Program-made: the position numbers and the translations under genes
From: an uncultured Alphaproteobacteria bacterium
GTDB taxonomy: Bacteria; Pseudomonadota; Alphaproteobacteria; Rs-D84
Direction of reading: 5' to 3'
Assembly (NCBI GenBank): GCA_905236005.1
Contig: CAJONJ010000039.1
Span: 2,612-66,611, forward strand
DNA: 64,000 nucleotides
Shown here: positions 43,401-53,930 of the stretch, one piece after another
Position numbering within the stretch: position 1 is the stretch's first letter
Layout: the number at the start of each line of letters is the position of its first letter
Notes under the pieces: model-generated
Seen by the model: the letters and a program-made list of their open reading frames with translations, nothing else
What the model was told of the DNA's origin: nothing
The model's database searches: none

Positions 43401-43465
43401 AACTGCAAAACATCATGTTCCAGTTGTGTAAAATTTGCTTTCTGTTCAGTTTTTTTGTATGCCAT
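40436..43465 (-). CDS. ileS: Isoleucine-tRNA ligase (type 2)
   Basis: DGPPFANGLPHWGH, WTTTPWTL, DCWFESGSMP, KFSKS; start moved to ATG 43465. Confidence 0.96.
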   Translation of the reverse strand: MAYKKTEQKANFTQLEHDVLQFWRENDTFHKSLNKTKMGEPFNFYDGPPFANGLPHWGHLGVSSIKDMVSRYKTMCGRHVERELGWDCHGLPAEIAVENETGKSAKNIVAEQGIGAFCDMCQAGVMKYSTEWLRFIERIGRWVDMGDGYGYRTMDKTYMESVIWGLKQLYDKGLLYKDFKVNPYDWKLGTVLSNSEASEDYRDVVDDTVTVWFELENGDRAIAWTTTPWTLPANSALAVNPNMKYVRMKHEDGHVYVLAETRLKEYEKIFAGSEKVGEIMGSELVGLHYKPIFNYYENQSPLLHQIISADYVSDGDGTGIVHIAPAFGEEDYFAAKALNSKFPVILNVDDYGNFDNTVKDWAGENIFDANPKVIDWLKQNGILVKKEQHKHSYPYGPRSKEKLIQRATDAWYVDVPKIRNRLVEITKTQTKWTSAGNRFMAWIENAREWGITRNRFWGVPLPIWEKDGEYKVFGSIKEIEDFFGVKIDDLHRPTLDKLTKDGWHRIPDVLDCWFESGSMPFAHLHYPFENQDKFEKVFPADYVFEANEQTRGWFYGLMVMAVALFDKPAFKVVSCNGIICDEQKRKFSKSLKNYVDPTEQMETYGADAIRLFIQGSNFMKAEPVGVDKDGKVFNDTIKTILTPLWNAYHFFTLYANAANITVKKEPNSDNLLDKYILSELNELVKITTNALEDYRSDIAVKEFVRFLDVLNNWYIRRNRDRFWDEDESAFETLHYVLKTFCTCLAPFAPFISEYIFKNLTGEESVHLQNWPKATNTDEQIVNDMRRVQMIVSVGKQLREQYKLRNRLPLLDVTIAGVNMPEYADIIKDELNVKHVKFTKDIHNVADSFVYLITPKIGARLGGALKDIIPAVKRGDYEIKGDELIVGEYTLNSDEFENRLTVKNDVTGIALPDNTAVVVLNTETNAELIAEGLVNDALRFIQDSRKAANLDVSDRIKLTYNTEIAMHNAIETHKKRIMHDALIVEMEFGEANQFSTEIEGYNLSINIKKA

Positions 43466-43485
43466 TGTGTAGCCCTTTGTTATAT

Positions 43486-43566
43486 AAAAAATGGCGCCCA
43501 AGCGCCCCAGCCACCGCCAAAGCGCAGTGTCTGTCATTTAATAATAATTATTGTTTTTGTGTTCAT
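43486..43566 (-). promoter_or_regulatory. Ile-codon leader-peptide attenuator of ileS
   Basis: uORF 43566-43534 MNTKTIIIIK followed by GC-rich segment and GGCGC-TTGG-GCGCC-ATTTTTT hairpin. Confidence 0.8.
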
Positions 43567-43612
43567 ACCCATATTTATACAATACTTTTTTGCAAAAAGC
43601 AAGTTATAAAAC

Positions 43613-43641
43613 TTGAAAAATCCCAAAGGTTTGGTTATACT
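43613..43641 (+). promoter_or_regulatory. Sigma70 promoter of tRNA-Thr
   Basis: TTGAAA-17 nt-TATACT. Confidence 0.7.
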
Positions 43642-43653
43642 GTCGCATGTCAA

Positions 43654-43729
43654 GCCGGTTTAGCTCAGTTGGTAGAGCATCTCATTCGTAATGAGGGGGT
43701 CGTAGGTTCAAGTCCTATAACCGGCACCA
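43654..43729 (+). tRNA. tRNA-Thr(CGT)
   Basis: GCCGGTT...AACCGGCACCA; anticodon loop TTCGTAA. Confidence 0.95.
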
Positions 43730-43782
43730 CCATTTACATCTGCAATGCAGTCTGGTTGGCATAAAACACAAAAGGTTTTTTT

Positions 43783-44568
43783 ATGATTATTAAACAAAAA
43801 TTTCCAATACTTGAATATGATGATTCCAAAGATGTTAAAATTTCTGCAAAAGAATTAGAAAAACGTGAAAATATTGGTATCAAATATGGTGTAATTGATT
43901 TTTGTTCAGATAGTCGTGAATTGATGGCGAAAAATTATCCTTCTAAAATTGTTGGTACGTTAAAAGGCTGTGGAATTGCACCAGTGAACATTTATGAAAT
44001 TGATTTTAATGGTACAAAAATACTTTTGCATCAGGGAATAATTGGTTCACCTTTGGCGGCGGCTGTTATGGAAGATTTAATTGCGATGGGCTGTGATACA
44101 ATCGTAGCAGTTGGTGATTGTGGGGTTTTAGATAAAACAATAAAACGGGCAGGAATTATAGTTCCCACAGCTGCTGTGCGTTCAGAAGGAACTTCGTATC
44201 ATTATGTTGCACCCAGCAGAACGATTGATTATTCTTCGGACATAATACAAAAAGCTTGTGATTTTTATACTTCAAAAAATATTCCATTTGTTAAAGGGTT
44301 AACATGGACAACTGATGGTTTTTATCGTGAAACAGAAGATGCTGTAAAATTACGTCAACAAGAAGGTTGTATTTGTGTTGAAATGGAAAATGCTACATTT
44401 GGTGCAGTTGCACAATATTATGGTGTTAAATTTTTTCAATTATTATACGGTGGTGATTGCTTAGATGCTGAAACGTGGGATTCACGTCCATGGTGCAGCC
44501 CCGAAGAAAGATTAAAAACAAAATATGAATTGTTAAAAATAGCAATGGAATTAGTATTAAAAATTTAA
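43783..44568 (+). CDS. Nucleoside phosphorylase (PNP/UDP family)
   Basis: GSPLAA, AVRSEGTSYHY, WTTDGFYRET, VEME. Confidence 0.9.
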   Translation: MIIKQKFPILEYDDSKDVKISAKELEKRENIGIKYGVIDFCSDSRELMAKNYPSKIVGTLKGCGIAPVNIYEIDFNGTKILLHQGIIGSPLAAAVMEDLIAMGCDTIVAVGDCGVLDKTIKRAGIIVPTAAVRSEGTSYHYVAPSRTIDYSSDIIQKACDFYTSKNIPFVKGLTWTTDGFYRETEDAVKLRQQEGCICVEMENATFGAVAQYYGVKFFQLLYGGDCLDAETWDSRPWCSPEERLKTKYELLKIAMELVLKI

Positions 44569-44569
44569 T

Positions 44570-44597
44570 AAAAATACCGGCAAATGCCGGTGTTTTT
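44570..44597. terminator. Bidirectional terminator
   Basis: AAAAATACCGGCA-AA-TGCCGGTGTTTTT. Confidence 0.85.
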
Positions 44598-44643
44598 ATA
44601 ATAAAGAAAGCAAAAAATTTGATATTGGGAACTGTATTAAATT

Positions 44644-46299
44644 TTATGCTTTGTTGCCACATCTTAGTTTGCGAAGCACAACCATTATCCCAGCCGGTGT
44701 CATACCCGGTATTCTTGAAAGTGACGCGATTGTTTCAGGTCTGGTTTTGGTCAATTTTTCAATCAATTCGTTTGTTAAACCAGACAAAGATTTATAATCA
44801 AAATCACGTGGAATTTTTAATTCTGCATCTTTTTTATAATTTGCAATTTCACGTTCGTTTCTTGAAATGTATCCAGCATAAAATTTATCATTTTCAATTG
44901 CGGTATTTTCACGTAATTTTTTAATTTTATCGTACAATTCTTTTTTGATTAAACCCAGTGTTTCTGCCGTATTACCTAGACGCAATATTGCATTATCTGC
45001 ACGTAAATTTAATCTGTATTCAGCACGTGAAGTGAACATACGGTATGGTTCATCAACCCCCAGTGTTGTTATGTCATCTATCAATACACCAATCATAGAA
45101 TTTGTTCTGTCCAGAATCAGCGGTTGTTTGTTTAATGCAAATGCTGCTGCGTTGCTGCCTGCAACCAAGCCTTGTGCGGCGGCTTCTTCATATCCGCTGG
45201 TTCCGTTGATTTGACCTGCGAAAAATAAACCGCTTATGTCTTTTGATTCCAGTGTTGATTTCAAAGCACGTGCATCAATTGCATCATATTCAATTGCATA
45301 TCCATATCGTGCAATTTTTGCGTTCTCTAAACCAGGTATAGTGCGTATCCATTTATCTTGGATATCAGCCCCAAAACTGGTTGATATACCGTTTGGATAA
45401 ATTAAATCGCTGTTAAAACCTTCTGGTTCTAAAAATACATGATGTGTTTTATGTTCCGGAAAACGCATAACTTTGTCTTCCAGTGATGGACAATAACGTG
45501 GTCCCAATCCCACAATATCGCCATTGTACATAGGTGCATTTTTTATGTTTTGACGAATTATTTCATGAGTTGTTTCATTTGTATGTGTTATAAAACATTT
45601 GTCATTATATTTATTGTTATCATCACCTAAGCCAAACCAATCATGTGGAAAATCACCGGGCTGTTCTTCGCATACAGAAAAATCAATACTGTTGCGATAT
45701 ATACGTGCAGGTGTTCCTGTTTTTAATCTTAATAAATCAAAACCAGATTTTTTTAATACGGACGAAATATGTGTATCGTTTTCTTGATATTCACCATTAT
45801 CCATTAAACGACCAGATTGAATTTTTTCATTTCCACGTGTGACCAATCCACCAAGAAAAGTTCCAGTGGTTAATACAATCGCTTGTGCAGAATATTTTTT
45901 ATTTACGATTTTATTTTCAATATCTAAATCAAATACAGATTCAAATACATACGTCAAGTTTTCTGTCGTATTCAAAATATTCATCACAGCATCATGATAA
46001 AAATTTCTATCTATTTGTGCACGCAGTGCCTGGGTTGCAGAACCATGTGTTGCATTTAATGTTCGCCAATGAATACCAGCTTTGTCTGCTGCAAATGGCA
46101 TAACACCACCAAATACAGCCATTTCAGCAACCATTTGTGATTTACCAGGACCACCAATAGATGGATTACAAGACATCGCACCGATATCGCTTTCACGCAT
46201 AGTAATCAAAAGGGTTTTTGCACCACGACGTGCAGATGCAGTTGCTGCTTCAACCCCTGCGTGTCCACCGCCGATAATAATCACATCATAATTTTGCAT
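44644..46299 (-). CDS. mnmG: tRNA uridine-5-carboxymethylaminomethyl modification enzyme
   Basis: [52 protein letters not shown]. Confidence 0.97.
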   Translation of the reverse strand: MQNYDVIIIGGGHAGVEAATASARRGAKTLLITMRESDIGAMSCNPSIGGPGKSQMVAEMAVFGGVMPFAADKAGIHWRTLNATHGSATQALRAQIDRNFYHDAVMNILNTTENLTYVFESVFDLDIENKIVNKKYSAQAIVLTTGTFLGGLVTRGNEKIQSGRLMDNGEYQENDTHISSVLKKSGFDLLRLKTGTPARIYRNSIDFSVCEEQPGDFPHDWFGLGDDNNKYNDKCFITHTNETTHEIIRQNIKNAPMYNGDIVGLGPRYCPSLEDKVMRFPEHKTHHVFLEPEGFNSDLIYPNGISTSFGADIQDKWIRTIPGLENAKIARYGYAIEYDAIDARALKSTLESKDISGLFFAGQINGTSGYEEAAAQGLVAGSNAAAFALNKQPLILDRTNSMIGVLIDDITTLGVDEPYRMFTSRAEYRLNLRADNAILRLGNTAETLGLIKKELYDKIKKLRENTAIENDKFYAGYISRNEREIANYKKDAELKIPRDFDYKSLSGLTNELIEKLTKTRPETIASLSRIPGMTPAGIMVVLRKLRCGNKA

Positions 46300-46300
46300 T

Positions 46301-46855
46301 TTATTTAGTATTTATTTTTGCATACAAAGCCATATCTTCACGTCTATTCAAAGGTTTGTTAAATTCGTAACTTTTCATGACACCTTCACGTATAAAACCG
46401 CATTTTTCTGCTGTTTTACATGATGGAATATTTTCTATATCTGCTTTTAAAATAATACGTTTGAAACCTATATTGAAAAACTCTTGAACAATTGCTTGGA
46501 CAGCTTCGGACATATAACCTTGTCTTGCAAATTTTGGATTTAACCAATATCCAATTTCACCGGTTTCATGTGACCAATTTATGTCCATCAAACTGCAAAC
46601 ACCAACAAAAGAATTATCTGAACGCAGATACATACCATAATTAGCACTGGTTTGGTTTTTCCACTTCTTTTCGGAGCCACGCAAAAAATCAAATTCTTGT
46701 TCTGGATTTTTTATGTCTGACCATGGCATAAATCTGAAATATTCACGATTTTTATCAATCATATCAAAGATTTCTGTTGCAAAACCAAAAGTTGCAACCA
46801 ATGGTTTCAAATCTAGACGTGTTGTTTGTAAAGGTTTAAATTCTTGTGGTTTCAT
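46301..46855 (-). CDS. GNAT acetyltransferase (RimJ/RimL-like)
   Basis: EIGYWL...QGYMSEA...[13 protein letters not shown]. Confidence 0.88.
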   Translation of the reverse strand: MKPQEFKPLQTTRLDLKPLVATFGFATEIFDMIDKNREYFRFMPWSDIKNPEQEFDFLRGSEKKWKNQTSANYGMYLRSDNSFVGVCSLMDINWSHETGEIGYWLNPKFARQGYMSEAVQAIVQEFFNIGFKRIILKADIENIPSCKTAEKCGFIREGVMKSYEFNKPLNRREDMALYAKINTK

Positions 46856-46857
46856 GA

Positions 46858-47424
46858 TTAGTCCTTTATTTTTGCATATAAAGCTGCATCATCAACTTTG
46901 TTTACATTTGGATTAAAACACCATTTACGCATAATACCTTCGCGTACAAATCCGCATTTTTCAGCCACCTTGCAAGATGCAATATTTTGTGGACTGGCGG
47001 TTAAAACAAAACGATTAAAACCATAATTAAAAAATTCTTGTGTAACCGCATTAACTGCTTCTGATATAAAACCTTGGCTTGTGTATTTGGGATTTATCCA
47101 ATAAGCTATTTCACCGTTTCCATCACGCCAATTGATGCCACGTAAAGTGCATATACCAATAAACACACCATTATCACGCAGATATAAACCATACGTTGCA
47201 CGTGTTTGTTTTTTCCAACCGTTTTCTTGTTCCCGTAACCAATCAAATTCTTGTTCTGGTACTTCTATTTCAGTCAAAGACGGAACATAAGTAAAATAAT
47301 CAAGATTTGTTGCTTTAATACCTGAAATAATATCAAACAGTTCGTTTGCAAAACCAAAAGTTGCAACCAATGGTTTTAAATCCAGACGTGTTGTTTGTAA
47401 CGGTTTGAATTCTTGTGGTTTCAT
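46858..47424 (-). CDS. GNAT acetyltransferase (RimJ/RimL-like), paralog
   Basis: EIAYWI...QGFISEA...NIASCKVAEKCGF. Confidence 0.88.
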   Translation of the reverse strand: MKPQEFKPLQTTRLDLKPLVATFGFANELFDIISGIKATNLDYFTYVPSLTEIEVPEQEFDWLREQENGWKKQTRATYGLYLRDNGVFIGICTLRGINWRDGNGEIAYWINPKYTSQGFISEAVNAVTQEFFNYGFNRFVLTASPQNIASCKVAEKCGFVREGIMRKWCFNPNVNKVDDAALYAKIKD

Positions 47425-47426
47425 GT

Positions 47427-48155
47427 TTAAAATCTCCCCATGCCACCATTCACATGTATTGTTTGTCCGGTGATATATGATGCTTCATCGCTGGCCAAAA
47501 ATACACACAAGTTTGCAACGTCAACTGGTTCTCCAAAGCGACCTGCTGGTATTTGTGATAAATAATTTTTCTTTAAATCATCGCTTAATACATCTGTCAT
47601 AGGTGTTTTGATAAATCCTGGTGCAACGCAGTTTGCAGTTATACCACGTGATGCAACTTCTGCTGCTATGGATTTTGTTAAACCAATAATGCCTGCTTTG
47701 GATGCAGCATAATTTGCCTGACCCGCACCACCAACAACACCAACAATAGAAGACATATTTATAATGCGACCATATTTTTGTTTCATCATCGGCATAATTA
47801 CAGCCCTGCACATCTTAAATGTCGCACGTAAATTAGTATTTATAACATCTTCAAATTGTTCATCACTCATACGCATCAACAAAGTGTCTTTGGTTATACC
47901 TGCGTTGTTGATTAGAATATCCAGATGTCCAGTTTTTCCAATTGTATCAGAAATCAATTTGTCGCATGCACCATCCACAGATAAATCAGATACGATTTTT
48001 ATAAAACTGTCGTCAAAATCTTTATTTAATTTTTCAGAATTGCGACCAGAAACAACAACTGTTGCACCAGCTTTTTTCATTTCTTTTGCAATTTCACCAC
48101 CAATACCGCCTGTGGCACCAGTGATTAAAACAACTTTATCTGTTAAATCAAACAT
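47427..48155 (-). CDS. fabG: 3-oxoacyl-ACP reductase
   Basis: TGATGGIG, NNAGITKD, YAASK; next to fabD. Confidence 0.95.
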   Translation of the reverse strand: MFDLTDKVVLITGATGGIGGEIAKEMKKAGATVVVSGRNSEKLNKDFDDSFIKIVSDLSVDGACDKLISDTIGKTGHLDILINNAGITKDTLLMRMSDEQFEDVINTNLRATFKMCRAVIMPMMKQKYGRIINMSSIVGVVGGAGQANYAASKAGIIGLTKSIAAEVASRGITANCVAPGFIKTPMTDVLSDDLKKNYLSQIPAGRFGEPVDVANLCVFLASDEASYITGQTIHVNGGMGRF

Positions 48156-48157
48156 TT

Positions 48158-49051
48158 TTATATCTCCAATTTGTGTGTGACAATTTTGTCTGTTATACGT
48201 GAAACTAAACCAATCAAAGCACTTCCTGGTCCGATTTCTGTTAAATCAGTTATACCTAAATCAACCATATTCAATACAGATTCACGCCAGCGAACCCCAT
48301 GTGTGATTTGATAAATCAAAGATTCTTTGATTTCATTAACATCGGTCATAGGTTGACATGTTTTGTTGGATATCAACGGAACACGTGGTGTTTTTATTTC
48401 TATTTCATCCAACGCAATTTTCATTTTTTCTGCAACAGGTGCCATAAGTCTTGAATGTGGTGGAACAGACAATGGTAATTTCATAGCCCGTTTTGCACCA
48501 TTTTCTTTTGCGATTTCCATAGCTTTTTCTATGGCAACAGTTGCACCAGATATAACAATTTGACCATCACAATTATCATTTGCAATATCGCACACAGCAT
48601 TTGTTTCTTGTTCCGCTTTTGCACAAACATTTTGCAATGTGTTTATATCCAGACCTAAAATAACAGCCATTGCACCCTGCCCGTTTGGAACGGCGTTTTG
48701 CATAGCTTCACCACGCAGCCGAACCAGTTTAATAGCATCATTTAAAGACAATGCGTCTGCAATACATAATGCGGTATATTCACCCAAAGAATGTCCTGCA
48801 ACGTAATCTGGTAATGGTATTTGGGCAGCACGAAACATGGCAACAGAGGTTACCAGAATGGCCGGTTGAACATTAGCCGTCAAAGTCAATGTTTCCATTG
48901 GACCATTGAAAATAATATCTGACAGTTTTTCGTTCAATACCAAATCAGCCGTATCAAAAACTTTACGTGCATCATTGTTATTTTTATATAATTCGTATCC
49001 CATACCAACGGTTTGTGAACCTTGCCCTGGGAAAACATATACAGATGACAT
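48158..49051 (-). CDS. fabD: Malonyl-CoA:ACP transacylase
   Basis: FPGQGSQ, GHSLGEY, EIGPG. Confidence 0.95.
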   Translation of the reverse strand: MSSVYVFPGQGSQTVGMGYELYKNNNDARKVFDTADLVLNEKLSDIIFNGPMETLTLTANVQPAILVTSVAMFRAAQIPLPDYVAGHSLGEYTALCIADALSLNDAIKLVRLRGEAMQNAVPNGQGAMAVILGLDINTLQNVCAKAEQETNAVCDIANDNCDGQIVISGATVAIEKAMEIAKENGAKRAMKLPLSVPPHSRLMAPVAEKMKIALDEIEIKTPRVPLISNKTCQPMTDVNEIKESLIYQITHGVRWRESVLNMVDLGITDLTEIGPGSALIGLVSRITDKIVTHKLEI

Positions 49052-49108
49052 AATCGTCCTTTTGTTTGTATTTAATAAAATTATAGGAAATTAAAAGCAA
49101 AAATCAAT

Positions 49109-49645
49109 TTATTTACGCATAGAAAATTCACAACCACAATAATTTTGCCGATAAAAATCAGATTCATGATTTATTGACTGACGTAATTTTTCATCCCAAT
49201 CAACAGGCAAATATTTTATTTCAGTGCAAGATTGTTGCCCCGCAGCATCAACTTGTGCTTGATTTTTGTGTTTGGATACACCAAATACAGACGCAATCGC
49301 ATTAAATCCATGTTTTTTAGCATAATTGCATGCATAACAAAAACGATATGCAAAACATTTACTGCAACGCGCACCACGTTCTGGTTCGTTTTCAAGACCA
49401 GCGATTTCCGTTTTCCATTTATTGTGGTCATAATCGCCAACGACATATTTTACACCCATTTTTTCACAGAATTTAATTTGTTCATCTAAACGCTTTTGAT
49501 ATTCAGTTTCTGGAAAAATATTTGGGTTGAAAAACATAACAATAAAATCGTCTATGCCGCATATTTCACCGTTTACAAGCTGTTGAATAGCACCACATGA
49601 ACATGGTGCACAACAAGACATTAAAATCAGTTTAATTCCGTCCAT
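49109..49645 (-). CDS. queH: Epoxyqueuosine reductase QueH
   Basis: CCAPCS, NPNI, EPERGARCSKC, YRQNYCGC. Confidence 0.9.
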   Translation of the reverse strand: MDGIKLILMSCCAPCSCGAIQQLVNGEICGIDDFIVMFFNPNIFPETEYQKRLDEQIKFCEKMGVKYVVGDYDHNKWKTEIAGLENEPERGARCSKCFAYRFCYACNYAKKHGFNAIASVFGVSKHKNQAQVDAAGQQSCTEIKYLPVDWDEKLRQSINHESDFYRQNYCGCEFSMRK

Positions 49646-50027
49646 TTCGTTTTGTGTCTATAAATGGTATAATTGGCTTTGGAACACATATATTTAATAT
49701 TTCATCATTAGTATAATCACGTTTTATTTGCTTTAATGTGTCACGTTTATCTTCTTGGTTTTCTGTGTCATCATCATCGATAACATTGTCAATATCAACA
49801 AAAAACTTAGTTGAATCTGTTTCTATCCTGGCACAGAAATTACAATTAGATACAGTGTTGGTTATTTCATAATTTACAGCACAATTTTCACGTTCTTTTG
49901 GTGATTTTGAACATGTGTCCCCATATTCACAGTTCATACAAGAAAGCCCAAATAACAATGATTGACCTGGTTTTCCTGATTTTTCTATATCAAATACTTT
50001 AACTGAATTATAAATTCTTTTTGTCAT
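49632..50027 (-). CDS. Hypothetical Cys-rich protein
   Basis: 131-aa ORF overlapping both neighbours in the operon; CxxC motifs. Confidence 0.6.
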   Translation of the reverse strand: MTKRIYNSVKVFDIEKSGKPGQSLLFGLSCMNCEYGDTCSKSPKERENCAVNYEITNTVSNCNFCARIETDSTKFFVDIDNVIDDDDTENQEDKRDTLKQIKRDYTNDEILNICVPKPIIPFIDTKRNGRN

Positions 50028-51997
50028 TTTAATACCTGTCCTGGTTTTTTATCTGCAATTTCATAAATTCCTGTGTCGTCATCTGATAAGTTTAATTCTG
50101 CCCCACTGCAAAGCATACCTTTGGATTCTACACCTGCGACAGAACGTGGTTTAATTGCTTTTCCTGTCTTTGGTAAAATTGCCCCGACAGGTGCAAATGC
50201 TGCCAACATATCTTTATGAACATTTTTTGCACCGCATACGATATCTTGTTTTGTATTACCGTCATCAACAGTGACAATATGTAAATCTTCACGGTTTGGA
50301 TGATTTTTTATATCAACTATTTTGACAACAGTAATCTGAGGTTGTTTATTCACAGTTGAATATTTTTCATTTATATAATTGATTTTTTCATCATCAAATC
50401 TTTCAAATAAATTGTCTGAAATTGAAAATTCTGTTCCATTTTTGATGCGTGCTTGGAGTTGTTCTGGCCATGATAAATCAAGTTTTGTATTGAATATTTT
50501 CTGCATTTTTTCTGCGGTGTCTGGAATAAACGGTGCAGACACACGTGCATAAAAATCAATCAGTTGAAAACAATTATTTAATACTTTTGCAGCTTCATCA
50601 TTTTTGCCGTCTTTAATCAATGCCCATGGTGCATTGGCAGTCATATATTCATTTCCAATTGCCCATAATGAACGCAAAGCAAAAATAGATGCACGAAATT
50701 CACATTTTTCCATTGCGTTTGTTAAATCGTTTAGCTTTTCATCAATTTTAGATTTTAATTCTGTATCAAATTCACTAGCATTTGGAACAATATTACCAAA
50801 ATTTTTATCTGATAATTTGCATACACGTGAAACAAAATTACCTAGCATACCATTTAAATCTTTGTTTACGATATCTGCAAAACGTGAAACGGTAAAATCT
50901 GTGTCATCTGTTTCAGGTGCAGATGCCAGCAAAGCATAACGCCAATAATCAGCTGGTGCAATATTTAATGCTTCGTCCAAGAATATACCATTTCCAGTAG
51001 ATTTGGAAATCTTTGCACCATTAAAATTCAAGAAATTGGATGCTTTTAAAACATCAACTGTCTTCCAGTTATCGTCCATGGCCAATTCTTGTGCAGGAAA
51101 AAATACAGAATGAAAAGATACATTATCTTTGCCCATAAATTCCGTATAATGACAATCAGGATTTTTCCACCAAGATGCCCAATCAGGTGTTGCAATTTGT
51201 GAAATAGAAATATATCCCCATGGTGCATCAAACCATACATAAAACACTTTACCTTCATAACCAGGTTTGTTCACAGGAATTCCCCAGTCTAAATCACGTG
51301 TAATAGGATTATCATGTAAACCTTCGTCTAGCCATTTGTTTGCAATTGCAATAGCTGTCTTTGGCCATCCTTTGCGTGAATTAATCCAATCACGTAATTT
51401 ATTTTGCATTTTGCTTAATTTAAAATATAAATGTTTTGTTTCACGCATTTCAACTGGTGAATCAGGATTAACTGCACTGTGTGGATTAATCAATTCGTCA
51501 GGGTTTAATGATGCACAACATTTATCACATTCGTTTCCATAGGCACGTTCATATCCACATCTTGGGCAAGTTCCAATAACATAACGGTCAGCCAAGAATT
51601 TTTTTTCATTAACAGAATAAGGTTGCAAAGAAACTTTTTCTTCTATCATACCCAATGAATCCAAACGATTAAATAATTCTTGAATCAGTTTTTCGTGTTG
51701 TTTGGTATGTGTACGACCATAAAAATCAAAAGATAAATTAAAATTATTAAGACCAGCAATTTGAATTTCACGATATTTATTAACATAATCTTCGGTTGAA
51801 ATACCTTCTTTTGCAGCACCAATTGCAGATGCGGTTCCGTGTTCATCGGTTCCGCATATATAAAGCACATCATAACCACGTGCACGACAAAATCTGGCAT
51901 ATACATCACTTGGTAACAGGCATCCAATTAAATGCCCAATATGTAATTGATTATTTACGTATGGTAATGCAGATGTTATTAAATATTTTTGTGCCAT
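50024..51997 (-). CDS. metG: Methionine-tRNA ligase with C-terminal OB-fold tRNA-binding domain
   Basis: TSALPY, HIGH, GTDEHGT, CPRC...CDKC, YVWFDA, KISKS. Confidence 0.96.
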   Translation of the reverse strand: MAQKYLITSALPYVNNQLHIGHLIGCLLPSDVYARFCRARGYDVLYICGTDEHGTASAIGAAKEGISTEDYVNKYREIQIAGLNNFNLSFDFYGRTHTKQHEKLIQELFNRLDSLGMIEEKVSLQPYSVNEKKFLADRYVIGTCPRCGYERAYGNECDKCCASLNPDELINPHSAVNPDSPVEMRETKHLYFKLSKMQNKLRDWINSRKGWPKTAIAIANKWLDEGLHDNPITRDLDWGIPVNKPGYEGKVFYVWFDAPWGYISISQIATPDWASWWKNPDCHYTEFMGKDNVSFHSVFFPAQELAMDDNWKTVDVLKASNFLNFNGAKISKSTGNGIFLDEALNIAPADYWRYALLASAPETDDTDFTVSRFADIVNKDLNGMLGNFVSRVCKLSDKNFGNIVPNASEFDTELKSKIDEKLNDLTNAMEKCEFRASIFALRSLWAIGNEYMTANAPWALIKDGKNDEAAKVLNNCFQLIDFYARVSAPFIPDTAEKMQKIFNTKLDLSWPEQLQARIKNGTEFSISDNLFERFDDEKINYINEKYSTVNKQPQITVVKIVDIKNHPNREDLHIVTVDDGNTKQDIVCGAKNVHKDMLAAFAPVGAILPKTGKAIKPRSVAGVESKGMLCSGAELNLSDDDTGIYEIADKKPGQVLK

Positions 51998-52016
51998 GTT
52001 TTAAATTCCTTTTTAT

Positions 52017-52086
52017 AAAAAAAGCCCAAAACGGGCATTGTAATTTCCCGCAAATTTGTTAATAAAGATTATTTATACATTCGCAT
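52017..52086 (-). promoter_or_regulatory. Candidate Met-codon leader attenuator of metG
   Basis: uORF 52086-52069 MRMYK; GCCC-GTTTT-GGGC-T7 terminator; upstream GCGGG can pair with CCCGT. Confidence 0.55.
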
Positions 52087-52123
52087 TTTATATTTTTCTA
52101 AGATTGTCCGCAATAACGAAACT

Positions 52124-52200
52124 TGGTGGGTGGTATTGGGCTCGAACCAACGACCTCCACGATGTCAACGTGACGCTCTAGCCAACTGAGCTAACCACCC
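52124..52200 (-). tRNA. tRNA-Val(GAC)
   Basis: Reverse complement GGGTGGT...ACCACCCACCA; anticodon loop TTGACAT. Confidence 0.95.
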
Positions 52201-52242
52201 AAGGCAGTCTGAATTATAACAATAAAAATCCATATTGCAATA

Positions 52243-52590
52243 TCATTTTTGAGGGGAGTTTATTTTAAGTAGCTCATCCACCCAAACGTTTGAAACTGAA
52301 ACTTTACCCTTCTTAAAAACTTCTGCAAGTAAATAATCTTGGATTACCATTGTTTGGGCTATTCCGCGTTCTATATAGCACATCTGTCTTATTCCAGTTT
52401 TTGTATGAACAGTGTAGGCAACCACATTTATACCAGTATTGCGAAGCATTGTTGGGATTTTGCATTCGTGTCTATCGCAACAGGACTTTTGTTTACATCC
52501 GTTGCAATTGAAGCTAACACAAGAGAGGTGAAGATCAACAAGTGCGGGCTCTTGATATATTCTTACATCGTTTATTTTTTTTTCTGACAT
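52243..52590 (-). CDS. Hypothetical Cys-rich protein
   Basis: 115 aa, AAAAGGA RBS, CNGC...CC...C. Confidence 0.6.
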   Translation of the reverse strand: MSEKKINDVRIYQEPALVDLHLSCVSFNCNGCKQKSCCDRHECKIPTMLRNTGINVVAYTVHTKTGIRQMCYIERGIAQTMVIQDYLLAEVFKKGKVSVSNVWVDELLKINSPQK

Positions 52591-52758
52591 TTTTAATCCT
52601 TTTTGTATCTAATTAGTCTAATAGAGCATTATGTATAGTATTACAAATAATCATTTTGTCAAGAATATTTTGTGTTTGAACCATTTAAAAGAATACCGAC
52701 GTATGCCGGTATCTTGAATTTTTTGATGCGGTCGTGTCTTTGTATCCGCAAAAACGGA

Positions 52759-53841
<1,083 letters not shown>

Positions 53842-53930
53842 TTATAAACCAGTCAATTAAAAAATCAAGTGCCGCAGACAATTTTTGCTTTTTTGTTTGC
53901 AAATCATTATATTTTGGTATTATTAAGGCT

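Noticed and set aside
43435..43764. 109-aa ORF and the 24-aa ileS extension to 43537
   Set aside because: They run across tRNA-Thr and the attenuator.
43730..44568. Island integrated at tRNA-Thr (also checked tRNA-Val and tRNA-Cys)
   Set aside because: No duplicated tRNA 3' ends or arm motifs found.
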